From NCBI GenBank assembly GCA_030295235.1, contig AP026141.1:558001-622000 (forward strand): a stretch of 64,000 nucleotides of DNA, in the 5' to 3' direction. How positions within the stretch are numbered: the first letter of the stretch is position 1; the number at the start of each line of letters is the position of its first letter. Positions 25,130 to 37,590 of this stretch are shown here, one piece after another. A program made the translations under genes and the position numbers. The notes under the pieces are model-generated. The model searched no databases, was not told where the DNA came from, and saw only the letters and a list, made by a program, of their open reading frames with translations. The DNA comes from Fistulifera solaris. Its lineage: Eukaryota.

Positions 25130-26056
25130 TCATTCCAAGACGATAGGTCTATCCTTATCACCGTCTTCGGGTGTATTTGCTTTTCGTCGCTTACGGGGCT
25201 TCTTCGTATTGCTTGTCGCATTCTTCTCTTCCTTGCGTTTCGGAGCGGATGATTCTTCGGTGGAGGACAACGTAGCGTCCGATGGTGGCTGCTCGATCCG
25301 TGGATGTTCCGGCTGAGGTGTTTCCACAATACGTTCGGTGGTGCCGTCGGGATGACGAATGATCCGTTCCGTTCTCGTTTCTCTCTGTCCATTCACAATG
25401 CGTGTCGTGGTAGCAACCGATACCGACGAATTTCCGCCGTTACTACTCGAGAACGAAGTCATGGTAGACGTTCCCATAGTCATGCCACCATTCATCATTG
25501 CCAAAGGTGACAGGAAAGGATTAACCAACGAAGGTTGAGACATCATTCCTCCAAAGCCGCCCAGAAATGGGTCTCCCATCGTATTTCCCATATTCATCTC
25601 TCCCATTGAATTCATTCCCATATTCATCCCTCCCATTGCATGATTCATTCCCATACTTAAACCTCCCATGGAATTCATTCCAAACAAAGTACTACTCATT
25701 CCTCCCAACGACGAAAACAAGGATCCTTGCGTCATACATTGTGACTGAAATAGTTCTTCAAACAACTGAAACGGATCATGAAAGGCAAACGGATGATGAC
25801 TGTCGGAAACGAACGAGGATGTTTGTTGCTGTTGTTGTCGATGATCGTATCGTGCCCGTTCTTCCGGATCCGACAAGATTTCGTACGCATTGGAGATTTT
25901 GACAAAGAGTGGCGTCACACGTTCTTTGTCCGCAACCGACTGCTGCTTGTCGGGATGATGCTGCATCGCCAAACGACGGTACGCCGTCCGAATTTCGGCC
26001 GCCGTGGCCGTGTGGGGGACGCCCAATATCTGGTACGGATCGTCACCGTCTTCCAT
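25130..26056 (-). CDS. DnaJ/Hsp40 protein (DNAJB6-like, G/M-rich)
   Basis: J-domain DPYQILGV...HHPDK...ISNAYEILSD...YD; Gly/Met-rich tract; C-terminal TTTRIVNG.RETRTE. Confidence 0.9.
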   Translation of the reverse strand: MEDGDDPYQILGVPHTATAAEIRTAYRRLAMQHHPDKQQSVADKERVTPLFVKISNAYEILSDPEERARYDHRQQQQQTSSFVSDSHHPFAFHDPFQLFEELFQSQCMTQGSLFSSLGGMSSTLFGMNSMGGLSMGMNHAMGGMNMGMNSMGEMNMGNTMGDPFLGGFGGMMSQPSLVNPFLSPLAMMNGGMTMGTSTMTSFSSSNGGNSSVSVATTTRIVNGQRETRTERIIRHPDGTTERIVETPQPEHPRIEQPPSDATLSSTEESSAPKRKEEKNATSNTKKPRKRRKANTPEDGDKDRPIVLE

Positions 26057-26692
26057 AAATGGCTAGAGACTACTAGTTGCGCACTACGAGCGAAAATAAA
26101 AGGCAGTGTGGTGCGTCGTGCGTGTCGTGGTAGCCGTTGAAAACGATGCTGTCAATTCTTGGTGCTGGCTTCTTCTGTTGTTGCAGTATCTCAAAGATGA
26201 GTCATGATATTGTAAGGTAGAGAGAGAAGACGGACCGAAATCGATGGAATGAAATGCGATGTTTTTGTTGTTCTCCTCGATCTTTTATTCCTTTTCGCAC
26301 ATATTTTCTCGTCCGCCGGGTGGCGGACAGTCGTTTAATTATTGAGTATCTTCGCTAACCGGTTTTGGATATACAGAAATTATGATGGAGCTTGGACCGT
26401 ATATAGATTAAGCGGTTCTCCTTTTAGTATCTACGGACAGTCTTCTCGGACTTACAAGAAGGACGCGTTTTATGCAACAAAAAGCAACGCACAACCGCCA
26501 CCGGTTGAAAGACGCAACATAGCAACACACAATATTTTTATTCAAAAATATTCTATTCCTTATTACTTGTGCAGCTATCATTTGCAATATCAATAATTGT
26601 ACTTCATCTTTGATTATTACACGAAGAGCGGGGAACAGGACTGATTGAGGATCGACGGCGGATACACATCACTGATAAATAACAATACACAG

Positions 26693-27927
26693 ATGCTTCC
26701 TCTTTCACCGCGTGAATGGACGAAGAGGAGGAGCCGTCCCAACCACAACAGCAGCATTGATCCGTATCAGCTGTTACAAATCCGACGCGGTGCGACCACA
26801 CAGGAAATTCGACATGCCTACCAACGACTGGCGTTATTGCATCATCCCGTCCGTCGACGTCAACAAAATCAACAAATGTTCGAAATTCTCGCCGCTTGTT
26901 ACGAAACGTTGATGGATGTGGAAGCGCGTCGGCGGTGTGATTTACTACTGGACGAACAAGAAACCGCAACACTGCATAGATCGTTGAGTTGGAGGAGTCA
27001 GAAAGCGAAGGAGGCGAAAGTGATGGGAAGGATGCGTCACAACAACCAGCAATCGTTGGTAGGACTGAACTCAATGCCCTCCTTGGCGGAAGTCTCTTCA
27101 TGTGCTTCGATGGATGAATCGCTATTGACGCAAGATGATGATTATGCTTGGAGACACGTTACGACTGAAGCGCATGAGGTCGATGGACAAGAACAAGTGG
27201 AAATTGTGTATTCTTTTGAAAGCAAAGGCGAGAAGGATCGATGTGTCAGTCCAGCAACAACTCTGCGCCCTTTGCGAATTCTTAGTAGTCAACAATCCTC
27301 GTGGGACGAAGAAGAAGAAGAAGAAGATTCGACTACCGAAACACTGGAAGACGTACAACCGCCTTCCAGTGCTCATTTGACAAAGGACGATGATTCTTCC
27401 GAAAACGACGACACGTCCGAGATCCATTATACGGGCGCGGAAATTGATCGTCTGTTTGGGGGACCGTTGCAGCTGTTGTTTCGAGCGCGACGGTGGAAAG
27501 TCTTTCGAGATCCGTTGGAAGTATTTGCCGAAGTCTTTGGCAATCCCTTGTACGGCATCAAAAGAATCATCGGGCACTCAGCGCACCGGCCACTTCGAAC
27601 ACCACTTTGCGCAGTGCGTTGCCACCGCCGCCACTGGAAAAATTGCCTTCAGAGCACGTGAATCGACGAACGACGATTCATCGGACGCGTCGTGTCGTGG
27701 GGAGACAGGAAATTATTCGAACGGCCGTCGTGCGGATCGATCCGCGGACTGGCCAACGGCATGTGACCATTTCCGTCACGCGGGACGATGGGATGGAAGA
27801 AGACGAGGATCCGCCGCCGCCCCAAAAGGATTGGTTTCATTTCCTCGATTCGTTGTGCGTCGGAGGCAATGGAAATAATTGCTTCTGCTTCGAATTTTCC
27901 ATTTGCACTGGAGACGAGAACTCATAA
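26693..27927 (+). CDS. J-like domain protein (HPV instead of HPD); frameshift near 27560
   Basis: DPYQLLQI...EIRHAYQRLALLHHPV...FEILAACYETL; F.DPLEVFAEVFG motif; C-terminal beta-rich segment in ORF 27493..27927. Confidence 0.65.
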
Positions 27928-28512
27928 TCCATAACAACTAGAGTAAAAAATCACAATTTGGGGAAATTATTCACTCCGCTATTTTATTTTGTTGATATAG
28001 CGACTTGTGTTGATAAGCAGTAAAACTGCGCGAGGCTCATTGTATAGCCTTATTGTCATTAACTTTTGAACTTCAAGAATAGTTATCTATGTAATTGTTT
28101 ATATCGGTAGAACTGATTCAAAGTAATGCAGCGAATGTCAAGTCTTTCACTACATTTTTGGAACTGTTGTAGAAAGTAGAATTGGTTTATTAAAATAATA
28201 AAAGTCTAACGAATGACATTTACAAAGTTACATTTTGTTCGGAAGCCTTAGCTGGCTGCCGGACGCGTTACTTGTTTTGCTTCTAATTGATTTAACGGTT
28301 CTTTTTCGCATTGGGTCGTTGAATGATGCATAGTAGGACGGCACTGTCGGTTGGAAAGACAACTGGCACGCCGGAACGCCCAGCATGGGAAAAAATGTTG
28401 GAGCCACTTATCGATTGGAGGAAATAACAAGAAGATGCACAATCGATGATAGCATAACAACAAGAGCATTCATTTACAAAAGAAGATTGACGTTTTCGAA
28501 GCATATCCCATC

Positions 28513-30382
28513 ATGCTCTCTACCATTGTACAAAACCCCGAAAGCACGTTTGTGGCGGTTCTCTTCGTCATTACGGCGTGGCCGTACTTCACAAAACGCT
28601 GGAACGATTGGCGCAAAGAGCAATTTTTACGTAATCATCCTTCGGTCATTCTTGTTTCCAAGCCGTCTCCGCAGGATGTTTGGCCCACACGGTTGGCGAA
28701 ATTTGTTTCTAGGAATGCACAAAACTGGATTGTATTCTGCTGTCGAGTAATTCTTTCTATCCTAGCAACCATTCTCCGAACTCTGACCATCTGGTTCACT
28801 TCGAAACCAACTCCAGCAGAAACAACGAAACCTGTCGTGTCTCTTCCGCCAGAGCCGGAACCGAGAGAGACTTCTCCCCCAACTACCCGAGTCAATAATG
28901 CACCGACATCGGTATTAAAACGACGCGGAGAACGTCGACGATCGATGGAGCCCCGGGTCACCTTTACGGAATCGGCCAATGGCAAAGTCGCGACGTCGTA
29001 CTACTACTACAATCCCAGTCAGCAATCGAATCAAAAAGCTGCAACAATGAATGCTGTACAAACACCCGTTGTAGCGCAACGTGCTCCGCGTCAATCAACG
29101 CCATATCCTGTGGCGAAACAGCCCCACCGACAATCCCAAATAACGAAACGCCGAACGCCTTTTCTACGCTCGATAAAGAAAACTTGCCGAAACTGTCGTC
29201 GTACAAGAATCATTCTCCCGGTCAGCGACAAATGCGGGCCGCCATGGCACCCGTGACGAGTGCTTTGCGGAAGCGACGGATTGAATTGGAAAATATAGCT
29301 GCTGCGTCGGACAAGAAACGTCGGATTCCCATGGGAACCCAACGCTCTGCCGTCCCGGTGAATCCCCAGAAGCGACGTGCACGACAATTGCTCGTATGGG
29401 AACATTTGAACAAGAAACCGAAAAAGAAGAGTTGAAAGACGAGACATTGAATGCTTTGCCAAGTAGCGAAACAACCACACAAGTAACGTCGACGCAGAAT
29501 TCAGCGAGCACTTCGTTCGCTCCCCCTGAGGAGAATACTGTCACTTCGTCTCAAAGTAACGTTTTGCCGAATGGAGCTACCGACAAATCTACATCCACTA
29601 ACGGCTTTCAGTTTGGTGCCTCGGTAACTTCGGATTCATCCCAGCCTTTGTCAAGCTTTCAATTTGGATCGACAGCCAGTGCGCCTACTTCCAACCTTGC
29701 ACCTTCTTTCCCGTCTCAGAGTACTGCTCAGCCGAAAGCAAATACTCAGTCGACGCCGAGTTTGGGCTTTCAGTTTGGAGCTTCGACTGCCGCCGAATCT
29801 ACTGCTTCGTCAACCGCTCCACTCGAATCGACAGCATCGCAAAGCGAGAAGACCAGCACCAATGGATTTCAGTTCGGATCGAATGGGTCCTCCATGAACC
29901 GCAAAGAAGAAGAACCAATGTCCACTAATTCAAGTTTTCAGTTCGGCTCGTCGAAACCAGAGGCTGCCACCAATGCTGCTCCTACCTTTGCCTTCGGAGC
30001 AACAACTAGCGCGGCCAATGCTACAGGCGGGATACCCAACAGTACGAGCTCGTCGTTTGGGAATTCGTTACAGCCCCCTACGAGCACAGCGTCTTTTCAA
30101 CCGGCCTTCCAATTCGGATCGTCCGCGGAGAATACCCCCGCTCCTGGTCCAGTTGTGAATGGTATTGTACCCACAAACGTAGATTCGCAAACAAATCAAT
30201 CGGATGCTCCCTTTCAGTTTGGCGGAAGCAATGCAACCGTTTCCTTTGGCAGCAACAATGCCGCTCCGAATGCCACTTCGGCGCCTGCCTTTGGTGCTCC
30301 GGTGTTTGGAATGGGATCTCCTGCGGCCAACAACAGTGCCCGCACTCGTCGTTTGGCACGTCGAGGCCGTCGGGTTGCTTAG
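28513..30382 (+). CDS. FxFG-repeat nucleoporin with N-terminal hydrophobic segments; frameshifts near 29162 and 29423
   Basis: Three ORFs join by restoring one base in a T-run and one in an A-run; 8 FxFG plus 4 further FG motifs in S/T/N-rich spacers; basic tail RTRRLARRGRR. Confidence 0.7.
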
Positions 30383-30504
30383 CTATAGTTTACATAACGA
30401 CATACTTTAAGAAAGAGTATAAACAAAAGACATTTAGGAACATAGAGTAATAGCAAATGAGAATGAAACGCTCGCAAGCAGAATTTGTGAGATAATGTTT
30501 ACAA

Positions 30505-31950
30505 TTATGATTTAATCGGAACCGGGGACAATTCCACACCATTCTTGTCATCATTGACTTCAGACTCTGAGATCAAGTTATCCACGATACGTCTATCATC
30601 AACGACCGCAATAGCATCGTCAGTCGTTTTCTGCACAAAATACTTTTCGTTGACAGGTTTTAGAGAAGCCACTACAATATCCTTCTTGTCGTTTGGAGGG
30701 TCCCCATTGATTTCATCATCCAAAGTCAGCCTTTGCAATTCCCGCAGCAATTCGTCTTCCTCGTCGGCTTCCATGGTCGACTGCAACAACGCCGCATTGG
30801 TTTCTTCCTGATCTTGCAAGGCTTCGTTCAAGTCATCCATAACATCATGAACGTCTTCCAGTTCCTCATTTATGTCGCGCAACACCGTCCGGGCCGATCC
30901 CATGACTTGTACCATGCATCGATTGTGGACCGCTTGTCGTAACGTCATTTGAAGGGTCGTAATTTGCAACAAATGCTGCTGCTTGTGTGCCAGTTGAGAT
31001 TCACACAATTGGTACAGTTTCATGGACGGCAACGGATTTCGGTTGCATCGTTTGGCCTCCAACGCCGCAGCCCGATACTTTTTGGCGTGTTCTTCCAACG
31101 CGGTCGATTCCTGTTCGAGACGCTGCGCCGTTTGTTGCAAATCGTATTCCACCAATCGTGTGGCCACATCCTTCGATGACCCCGAGACGAGGACACATTC
31201 GTTCGACGGTGTTGTCTGTACCGACACGGGCACTTTGGTCCGTTCCAGTACCTGACATAATACTTTGACTTCGTCGATCGGTAAATGGCGGAGCAAGGTT
31301 TGTTCCTCGGTCATCGCTTCCGATTGTTCCTTCCCGAGGGATGACAAGGGTACAATGTCATGTGATTGGGATTTCAAGATAGATGCAAGATTTTCGAGCA
31401 GTGATCGAGCCAGTGTAGGATGAATCCATTCCTCGTGTGAATCCGTGGGACGCGTCTCCGGTGGTTCTTCTTCTTCGTCTTCACTGTCCTCTTCCTCATT
31501 GTTGCGACGCACGAACGTCCACAATCCCCGAATCATCACACTCCACCAAGACGACGGAGAAGCAGACGCGGTGAGCTCAGGCGAAGGTCGTAATAAAGTG
31601 ACAAGTTGTTCAATGATGGTGGCATCCTTCCATTCGATAAGAAAATCGTCCGGATTCGGTATTTCCTGTCCAACCGGAAATTGGGATTCGATTTGCCATT
31701 GCGTAACTTTCAGTGAATTGTATTTCATACAAGCCAGCCGATGAGCTTGTACCCATGTCATGGGTGATAAAGGGTTGCTTGTTCGAGTCGACGGCGTAGT
31801 TGAAGGGTTGTTCGACTGTATTACAGGAAGAGAAGAAGAAGAAGTCTGCACGAAAGCATCATCGTCCTCTTGCGTGTTGCTGATTTCATCGTCGCTACAC
31901 GAAGAATCGTCGTCGTCCTTGTCGCGACGCTGCCCCCACAGAAATGACAT
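30505..31950 (-). CDS. ESCRT-III Snf7-domain protein with long N-terminal extension (CHMP7-like)
   Basis: C-terminal Snf7-like helices (LQMTLRQAVHN..MVQVM...VHDVMDDLNEALQDQEE...EDELLRELQRL); about 270-aa N-terminal region with an SWW..IRGLW amphipathic loop. Confidence 0.6.
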   Translation of the reverse strand: MSFLWGQRRDKDDDDSSCSDDEISNTQEDDDAFVQTSSSSLPVIQSNNPSTTPSTRTSNPLSPMTWVQAHRLACMKYNSLKVTQWQIESQFPVGQEIPNPDDFLIEWKDATIIEQLVTLLRPSPELTASASPSSWWSVMIRGLWTFVRRNNEEEDSEDEEEEPPETRPTDSHEEWIHPTLARSLLENLASILKSQSHDIVPLSSLGKEQSEAMTEEQTLLRHLPIDEVKVLCQVLERTKVPVSVQTTPSNECVLVSGSSKDVATRLVEYDLQQTAQRLEQESTALEEHAKKYRAAALEAKRCNRNPLPSMKLYQLCESQLAHKQQHLLQITTLQMTLRQAVHNRCMVQVMGSARTVLRDINEELEDVHDVMDDLNEALQDQEETNAALLQSTMEADEEDELLRELQRLTLDDEINGDPPNDKKDIVVASLKPVNEKYFVQKTTDDAIAVVDDRRIVDNLISESEVNDDKNGVELSPVPIKS

Positions 31951-32456
31951 GAGTGCTTTTTATGAGTAAGTAAAGAAGAAAGACTATTGTATTGTTGTGA
32001 TTTACTCTATTTATATTTTCTTTTTATCATGGTTGTCTTTTTCGTCAGAAGAAAATAAATGCGGTCGAAGCGCGTCCCGTGACTGGATAAGTGTTGAGTC
32101 GTAGAAAGTGTCATTAGTAGGGCATGGCTGGGATCTGGAGTAAGTCTTTACACACGCACCCTCTAAGGGCAATCAATCAATCGCACACTCGCAAGTCAAT
32201 GCAACGCGCTGTACGCTGATACCAACACGTTACGAATTCACGCTACTTGTTGATACGGTCAAGCGAGCAGCGACGAGACTATACCGTCAAGGGCGTGTTC
32301 TAACTTCTAACTTACCGGCACGGACATTTGAATGGAACGCTGTAAATGCTAAGGAGAAACTTTCGATTCAACCACACTAGTTAGATTAATAATCAACCAA
32401 TTAGTTCTTTTGTTTTTATAGACAAATACAGCACTTCATCGCACCCCCTCGCCAAG

Positions 32457-33412
32457 CTAACATTCGTAATGATGTTGACTGACAATCAGTGCCACAATCA
32501 TTCCGTACAACGCCAGCGCTTCACTGAAAATCAACATGATCAGCATTCCCACAAATAGTTTGTTTTGATCCTCGGAACCACCCATCGTGGGACCGGCACT
32601 TTCGGCTGCATCCGCACCCTCTTGACTGTCGGGAATCGTGGAATACCCCGAAGCGTCGCGTTCTCCGGGAAATAACGTAATTTGACTCGCCCGATAGCCC
32701 ACCGCCCGAATGCCGTAATCCCCCACAATCCCAATGCACAAACCGGCCGCCAAACCACTCACACCACAACACAATCCCGCACACAAATGCGCCATGCCCG
32801 AGTACGTCGAATAGACATTGTCGCGCGTGGCAGAGTCGGGTACTTGAATCGCTTGTCCCAAAATGACGCCGACAATTAATCCATAAATGCCAATGACCCC
32901 CGCCATAACAATGGGAATGACATTTTTCATCACCGACGAGGGATGACGAATGCCCGTATGGACGATACTGACACCGGCTTTCCATGTGCCCATCTTCGAG
33001 GATAGAAATTGGAATAGAGAGAGCGAAAGATACATCAGCGGCATCGATGAATCCACAATAAAAAAGTCCATAACCCCACAATAAATCAATATTTTTAGAG
33101 ACAGGAAATAGGAGAAGGTGAGTGATTTTTTGAAAAAAGGTAACAACAAAATAATAGCAAACGTGATCCCCAGAAAACAATTTAATATCTTTTTACCGAT
33201 AGCAACCACAGAACAGCGAAAAGAAAGCTTTCCTTTCGTTTGATTCACATTCACTCCTTCACACAGTCAACATTCACTCAATTCATTGGACGTACCGCAC
33301 TCCCCCAATTGGAAAGACACACCGCGGAAGCGACGCCCATGTAGCCCAACGCGGTCGCCCACGAAGGACATTGCGAAACCGGCAAATGATCCATAATTCC
33401 CGGATCGACCAT
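32457..33412 (-). CDS. V-ATPase V0 proteolipid subunit c-like; intron 32994-33295
   Basis: GYMGVASA...[57 protein letters not shown] with the essential Glu. Confidence 0.88.
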
Positions 33413-33826
33413 GCTAGATTTATTAAGTACAAAATTTGAACTGCACTCTAGAAGAAGCAAGAAAAGAAAGGTTTATGATAAAAAGACACAAAGATACTTC
33501 TGCGGTTATTGCGTTGCAAATATATAATGCGAAGGAAAAAACTTCTTGCGGGCGGGTGGAGGTTTTGTTAGCGCGCGCGCGTCCGCGAACGACAAGACTA
33601 ATACACGTTGAGTTACAGTTATATTGAAGTATCTTATCGTGTGTAGTTTTGCGATTCGTAAAGCAACTTTTAAAAGCATAGTATTTTTATTTTGGCTACA
33701 TAGGAGTCGGGTACCGTTCAGATAATTTCATGATCGAGAAAAAATGGCGCGACGACGATCGAGATTTGCATCACAATGAGAAAGATACAATCAATAACCT
33801 GTAATCTACCTTGAACGAAATCTATC

Positions 33827-34591
33827 ATGTTTCAACGAAGCTATTTCTTAGCGACATTAATCGGAATTGCGGCGTTCACGCTTCTGCAGTGCGGTGTCAC
33901 GGCACTGCAAATGAACGAACTTTCTCGATCATCTCCTCCTACATTCTCGGATCGACGCCATTTTCTAGTCGTCACAACAACAACAGCTGCTGCTGCGACT
34001 ACTACATTACCAGTACAGGCATTCGAAGGTGGAATTGGAGGATTGGGAAAAACAAAACCCGAAACGGGTGTCGAGTTTCTGTCTCCCCCCTTTCAATCTG
34101 TTACAGGTGCAGTATCGGCCGAAGTCGTAATACAATCTTCACCCTATTTGTTGGAATTTCATTCCCCATCCTTGCCGTTGCTGCCAACCTCGGCTGGACT
34201 GGAAGTCCGACAATTGCCCGATCCCGAATCGGCCTACGTCCAAATTATTCCGGGTGCCAAAGTTCCCATCACGAAACAGGATGTCTCAAAGTTGCTCGAA
34301 ACATCCATTTTGAGTTCAACGGGAAAATTTGGAGCCTATTTAACACCCACGGATGTCAAAGTGACGCGTGTTGACGAAAACCTTTGGAAGGTGCGGTTCA
34401 CGGCGTATACACCCGGCTTGCGAGAAAGTGATCGTCAATTGTTATTGCGCATCGAACGCGTCGATCGAGCGTGTATCGTCCTAGTAGCCGGAACGACCCT
34501 GCAGCGCTATGCGAAACAAGAACCGAAATTGCGGGCCATTGTGGACAGTTTCCGAGTCGTCCCCGCACCTTCGACGCGATTGAAGTCGTAG
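33827..34591 (+). CDS. Thylakoid-lumen protein, PsbP-domain-like
   Basis: Tripartite presequence (signal peptide, twin-Arg DRRHFL, VQA|F); mature part FEGGIGGLGKTKP...GKFGAY..PTDVKV...FTAYTPG. Confidence 0.6.
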   Translation: MFQRSYFLATLIGIAAFTLLQCGVTALQMNELSRSSPPTFSDRRHFLVVTTTTAAAATTTLPVQAFEGGIGGLGKTKPETGVEFLSPPFQSVTGAVSAEVVIQSSPYLLEFHSPSLPLLPTSAGLEVRQLPDPESAYVQIIPGAKVPITKQDVSKLLETSILSSTGKFGAYLTPTDVKVTRVDENLWKVRFTAYTPGLRESDRQLLLRIERVDRACIVLVAGTTLQRYAKQEPKLRAIVDSFRVVPAPSTRLKS

Positions 34592-34743
34592 GCTCTATCG
34601 AGCGGATGTATCGCGCCGCCAGCCAAGCTACAAAATATAGGTTCTATAAATTCTATAAATAATAACAATAATCATGCTGCTGACATTAAAGGAAAACGAC
34701 CGAACCCATTTATTGAATAATTGACATTACTATTCATTCTGTT

Positions 34744-35523
34744 TTACGCGCACGAATACGTCTTTTGTGACAAAATCAATGCCACAATCAAACCATACAA
34801 GGCCAAAGCTTCACTGAAAATCAACATGATCAGCATACCGACATAGAGTTTATTGGCCGCTTCTGTCGGAGACGAGGTTCGATCCCCATCATCGCCACCA
34901 ATTTCGCCCATTCCTTCGTTTTGATTCCAGTACCATTTGCGACCACTTTCGGCCTTCAATCCAAACGCGCGGACACCAACATCACCAATAATACCAATGG
35001 TGCCACCAGCGGCGAGACAAGAGAGACCGCAGCATAAACCGGCAGCGAGCTGTGTTTGTTGAGACGAAAGGATTCAAGAATGTGTTAGAGAAAAAATGTG
35101 GAATTCATGAATACAGTCACATCAACTCCACTTACATGTACGTAACCCGTGTACGCCGAATAAGTATTACTGGCATCTTGAGCGGGAGATACCACACTTT
35201 GAGTGATGATTACGGCCACAATTAAACCATAAATGCCCAACACACCCGCCATGACAATCGGTACGATCGTTTTAATAATACCCGCCGGATGATCAATGCC
35301 CATGTGGCAAACACCGAGTCCCGCTCGCCATGTTCCCCAAGCGGATCCCCAACTACTGAGAATCATACAAGAAGACGCACCCAAAAATCCGCTGCAAAGG
35401 AGAGAAATAAAGGAATAATAGTCAGAGCAAGAGACACGAAAAGAGAATAGTCTTCACTTCCATTTCTTACAATGCTGTGGCCCATGACGGACAAATTTCT
35501 TCTCCGGCAACAACGGCAACCAT
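34744..35523 (-). CDS. V-ATPase V0 proteolipid subunit c-like (second copy); introns 35392-35470 and 35050-35135
   Basis: [51 protein letters not shown]; both introns GT-AG and in frame. Confidence 0.88.
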
Positions 35524-35848
35524 ATTTCGAGTGAATTGTTTAAGTTTGTCAAAATGAACAATAACGAGTAATATTCCTTTACAACAATTAGCTCGGGAAA
35601 GCGATGCTTTTGTTGCGTTCGGCTGCGTTGCGTGTTGTTGCCGCGTATAATTTCTGTCGGCGAGAAGAACTGCATCGGTTTCCGTTGCATACGCCGGCGT
35701 GGTGCGCTAGAGTACTACGAAACAAGCTATCAGTTCCTACTTAGGGTGGTTATGTAGGACTGTAGCACAAAATGTTGGTTTATGCGTGGAGACGCACGCC
35801 GTTCCACATATACTACCGACGGACAGACCCGTTGAGTCTGGTATTATT

Positions 35849-37083
35849 CTAACCTCCTTTCCCTGTTAATCCTGTTCCCACAGGACGAACGATAGGCAAC
35901 AGCAGTGATCCATGCTCAAAAAGGCCGAATGAATGTAGGAGTCAAGGAACAAATGACCAATCGGTAAAGCCAGCAGGATGACCAACAAACTCAAAAGAGG
36001 ACGGGGCAACTTTTTTCGCAATGTGCTGAACAGCTTCCAGCGTGCTTCGACTTGTTGCTCCATCACCACGAGCACCACTTGCCAGAGAAAGAAAAACAAT
36101 GTTGGACCATGAACCGGGACGACCGTCGGAAAGGCCGTCTCCAACAACCATTCATGAAAGGCTCCACTGGCGACAAAGGCACCCAACACTCCGACAGCGT
36201 GCGATCCCCCCAATGACCGTATCGGCTTATAGACACCCTGTTTCAAACAATCATGAATCAAACAATTCCACCGTCGTCCCCAAAACTCGGAAGGACTCGC
36301 GGAACCAAACAATGGATTCCGCATGACGGGTTGCGTCTCGTAACCCGTCAAGAGCATGGTCAAAAAGGCGAGGCCGTCACAAAAGGCGGTCAAGTACACC
36401 ATGACCAAGAGACCCAACCAGAAATTGTCAGAGATTCGACGGAGTGTCACATACTCGAATGAGTAATAGTGCTCGGGGCGTGGGTAATGAAACGACGGAA
36501 AGTAGGAATCGAAGCAATACAAACAGGATTGCAAGGCCCCCGTGGCAAAGATCCACATACGCGAATCCATAAATTTGCGACCGGTGCTGGCCCAACTGGC
36601 GCGTTTCCACTGACCCGTCGTTGCATCAATTTGTACAAGCAACGGTGATCCGTACTGAAACGCGTACGATCCCAGACTGTCACTGATCGGTGCAAATCCA
36701 AAGAGGGCTTGTGTCGCACGGAACATGGACAAGGTCGGTGTAATGGTTCCCATACAAAAGCGAAAGATTTGATTGTGCACGCCCAGTGCATTCATGACCG
36801 GATTGGGGCAAAAGATCCAAAATGGTATTACAATCCCAAACACCCAAACACAGTCCGTGGGTGTTACGTGCGGATGTTTGCGCAGTTTGCGCGGTAATAA
36901 AACAAAAGCATACAACAGAGCTCCGCACAATGCTCCGATCATGGCTTCCAAAATACATACAAGAGCGATTTCCAGCCAAAACCAGAGGCTGAGAAAGTAA
37001 ACATCGTAATGTGTGGTGCTCCAGAGAGGTGTCCGAATGTCTTCATAGACGACCGCATGAGGCCACTCGTTGGGGAACATCAT
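35849..37083 (-). CDS. MBOAT-family wax synthase-like O-acyltransferase; probable frameshift near 35918
   Basis: NPLFGSASPSEFWGRRWN and AFVASGAFHEW (catalytic His); multiple TM segments. Confidence 0.85.
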
Positions 37084-37590
37084 CCGGAAACTTAAACAAC
37101 ACTCAAAGTTTCAGAAACGGAACCTGTCTTGTTTGTCAGATGAAGCACTCGCCGTATGAATGATTTGTTATTATCTCTTTATATGGCGAGCGATGCTTTT
37201 GTTGTTGTTTGGAGTCTGGAGATACCGAATGCCGACCAATAAAAAATAGACCTAATGCGCGTCTAAAAAAGAAAAAAAGATCGCGGATCGGACATCAATG
37301 ACATGTTCTTTTCACAAGTACGTACTGGCTGTACTGGTATGGGGCAAAAAGTAGTCGCTAAGGAGGCCGAAATAATGATATACAGTGGACAGTAGTCGCG
37401 CAGCGACAGTGTCTGACCGGCATCCGTCATCGTCCGCTTCTTGACTCTTGACCCACCAAAAAGTTTTCCCCTTGCATTTTTTTTATTGCATGTCAAAAGG
37501 AAGAATATCAGCAAGCTTTTTGTCTCTTGGACTTGAAATAGCACTACGTTCACATACACAACAACTCACCAATACAACATTCACTCAAAT

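Noticed and set aside
25560..25690. Short tandem repeats inside the DnaJ gene
   Set aside because: They encode the ordinary Gly/Met-rich linker of this J-protein class.
32994..33295. Long 302-nt intron as a snoRNA host
   Set aside because: No convincing C/D or H/ACA box arrangement seen.
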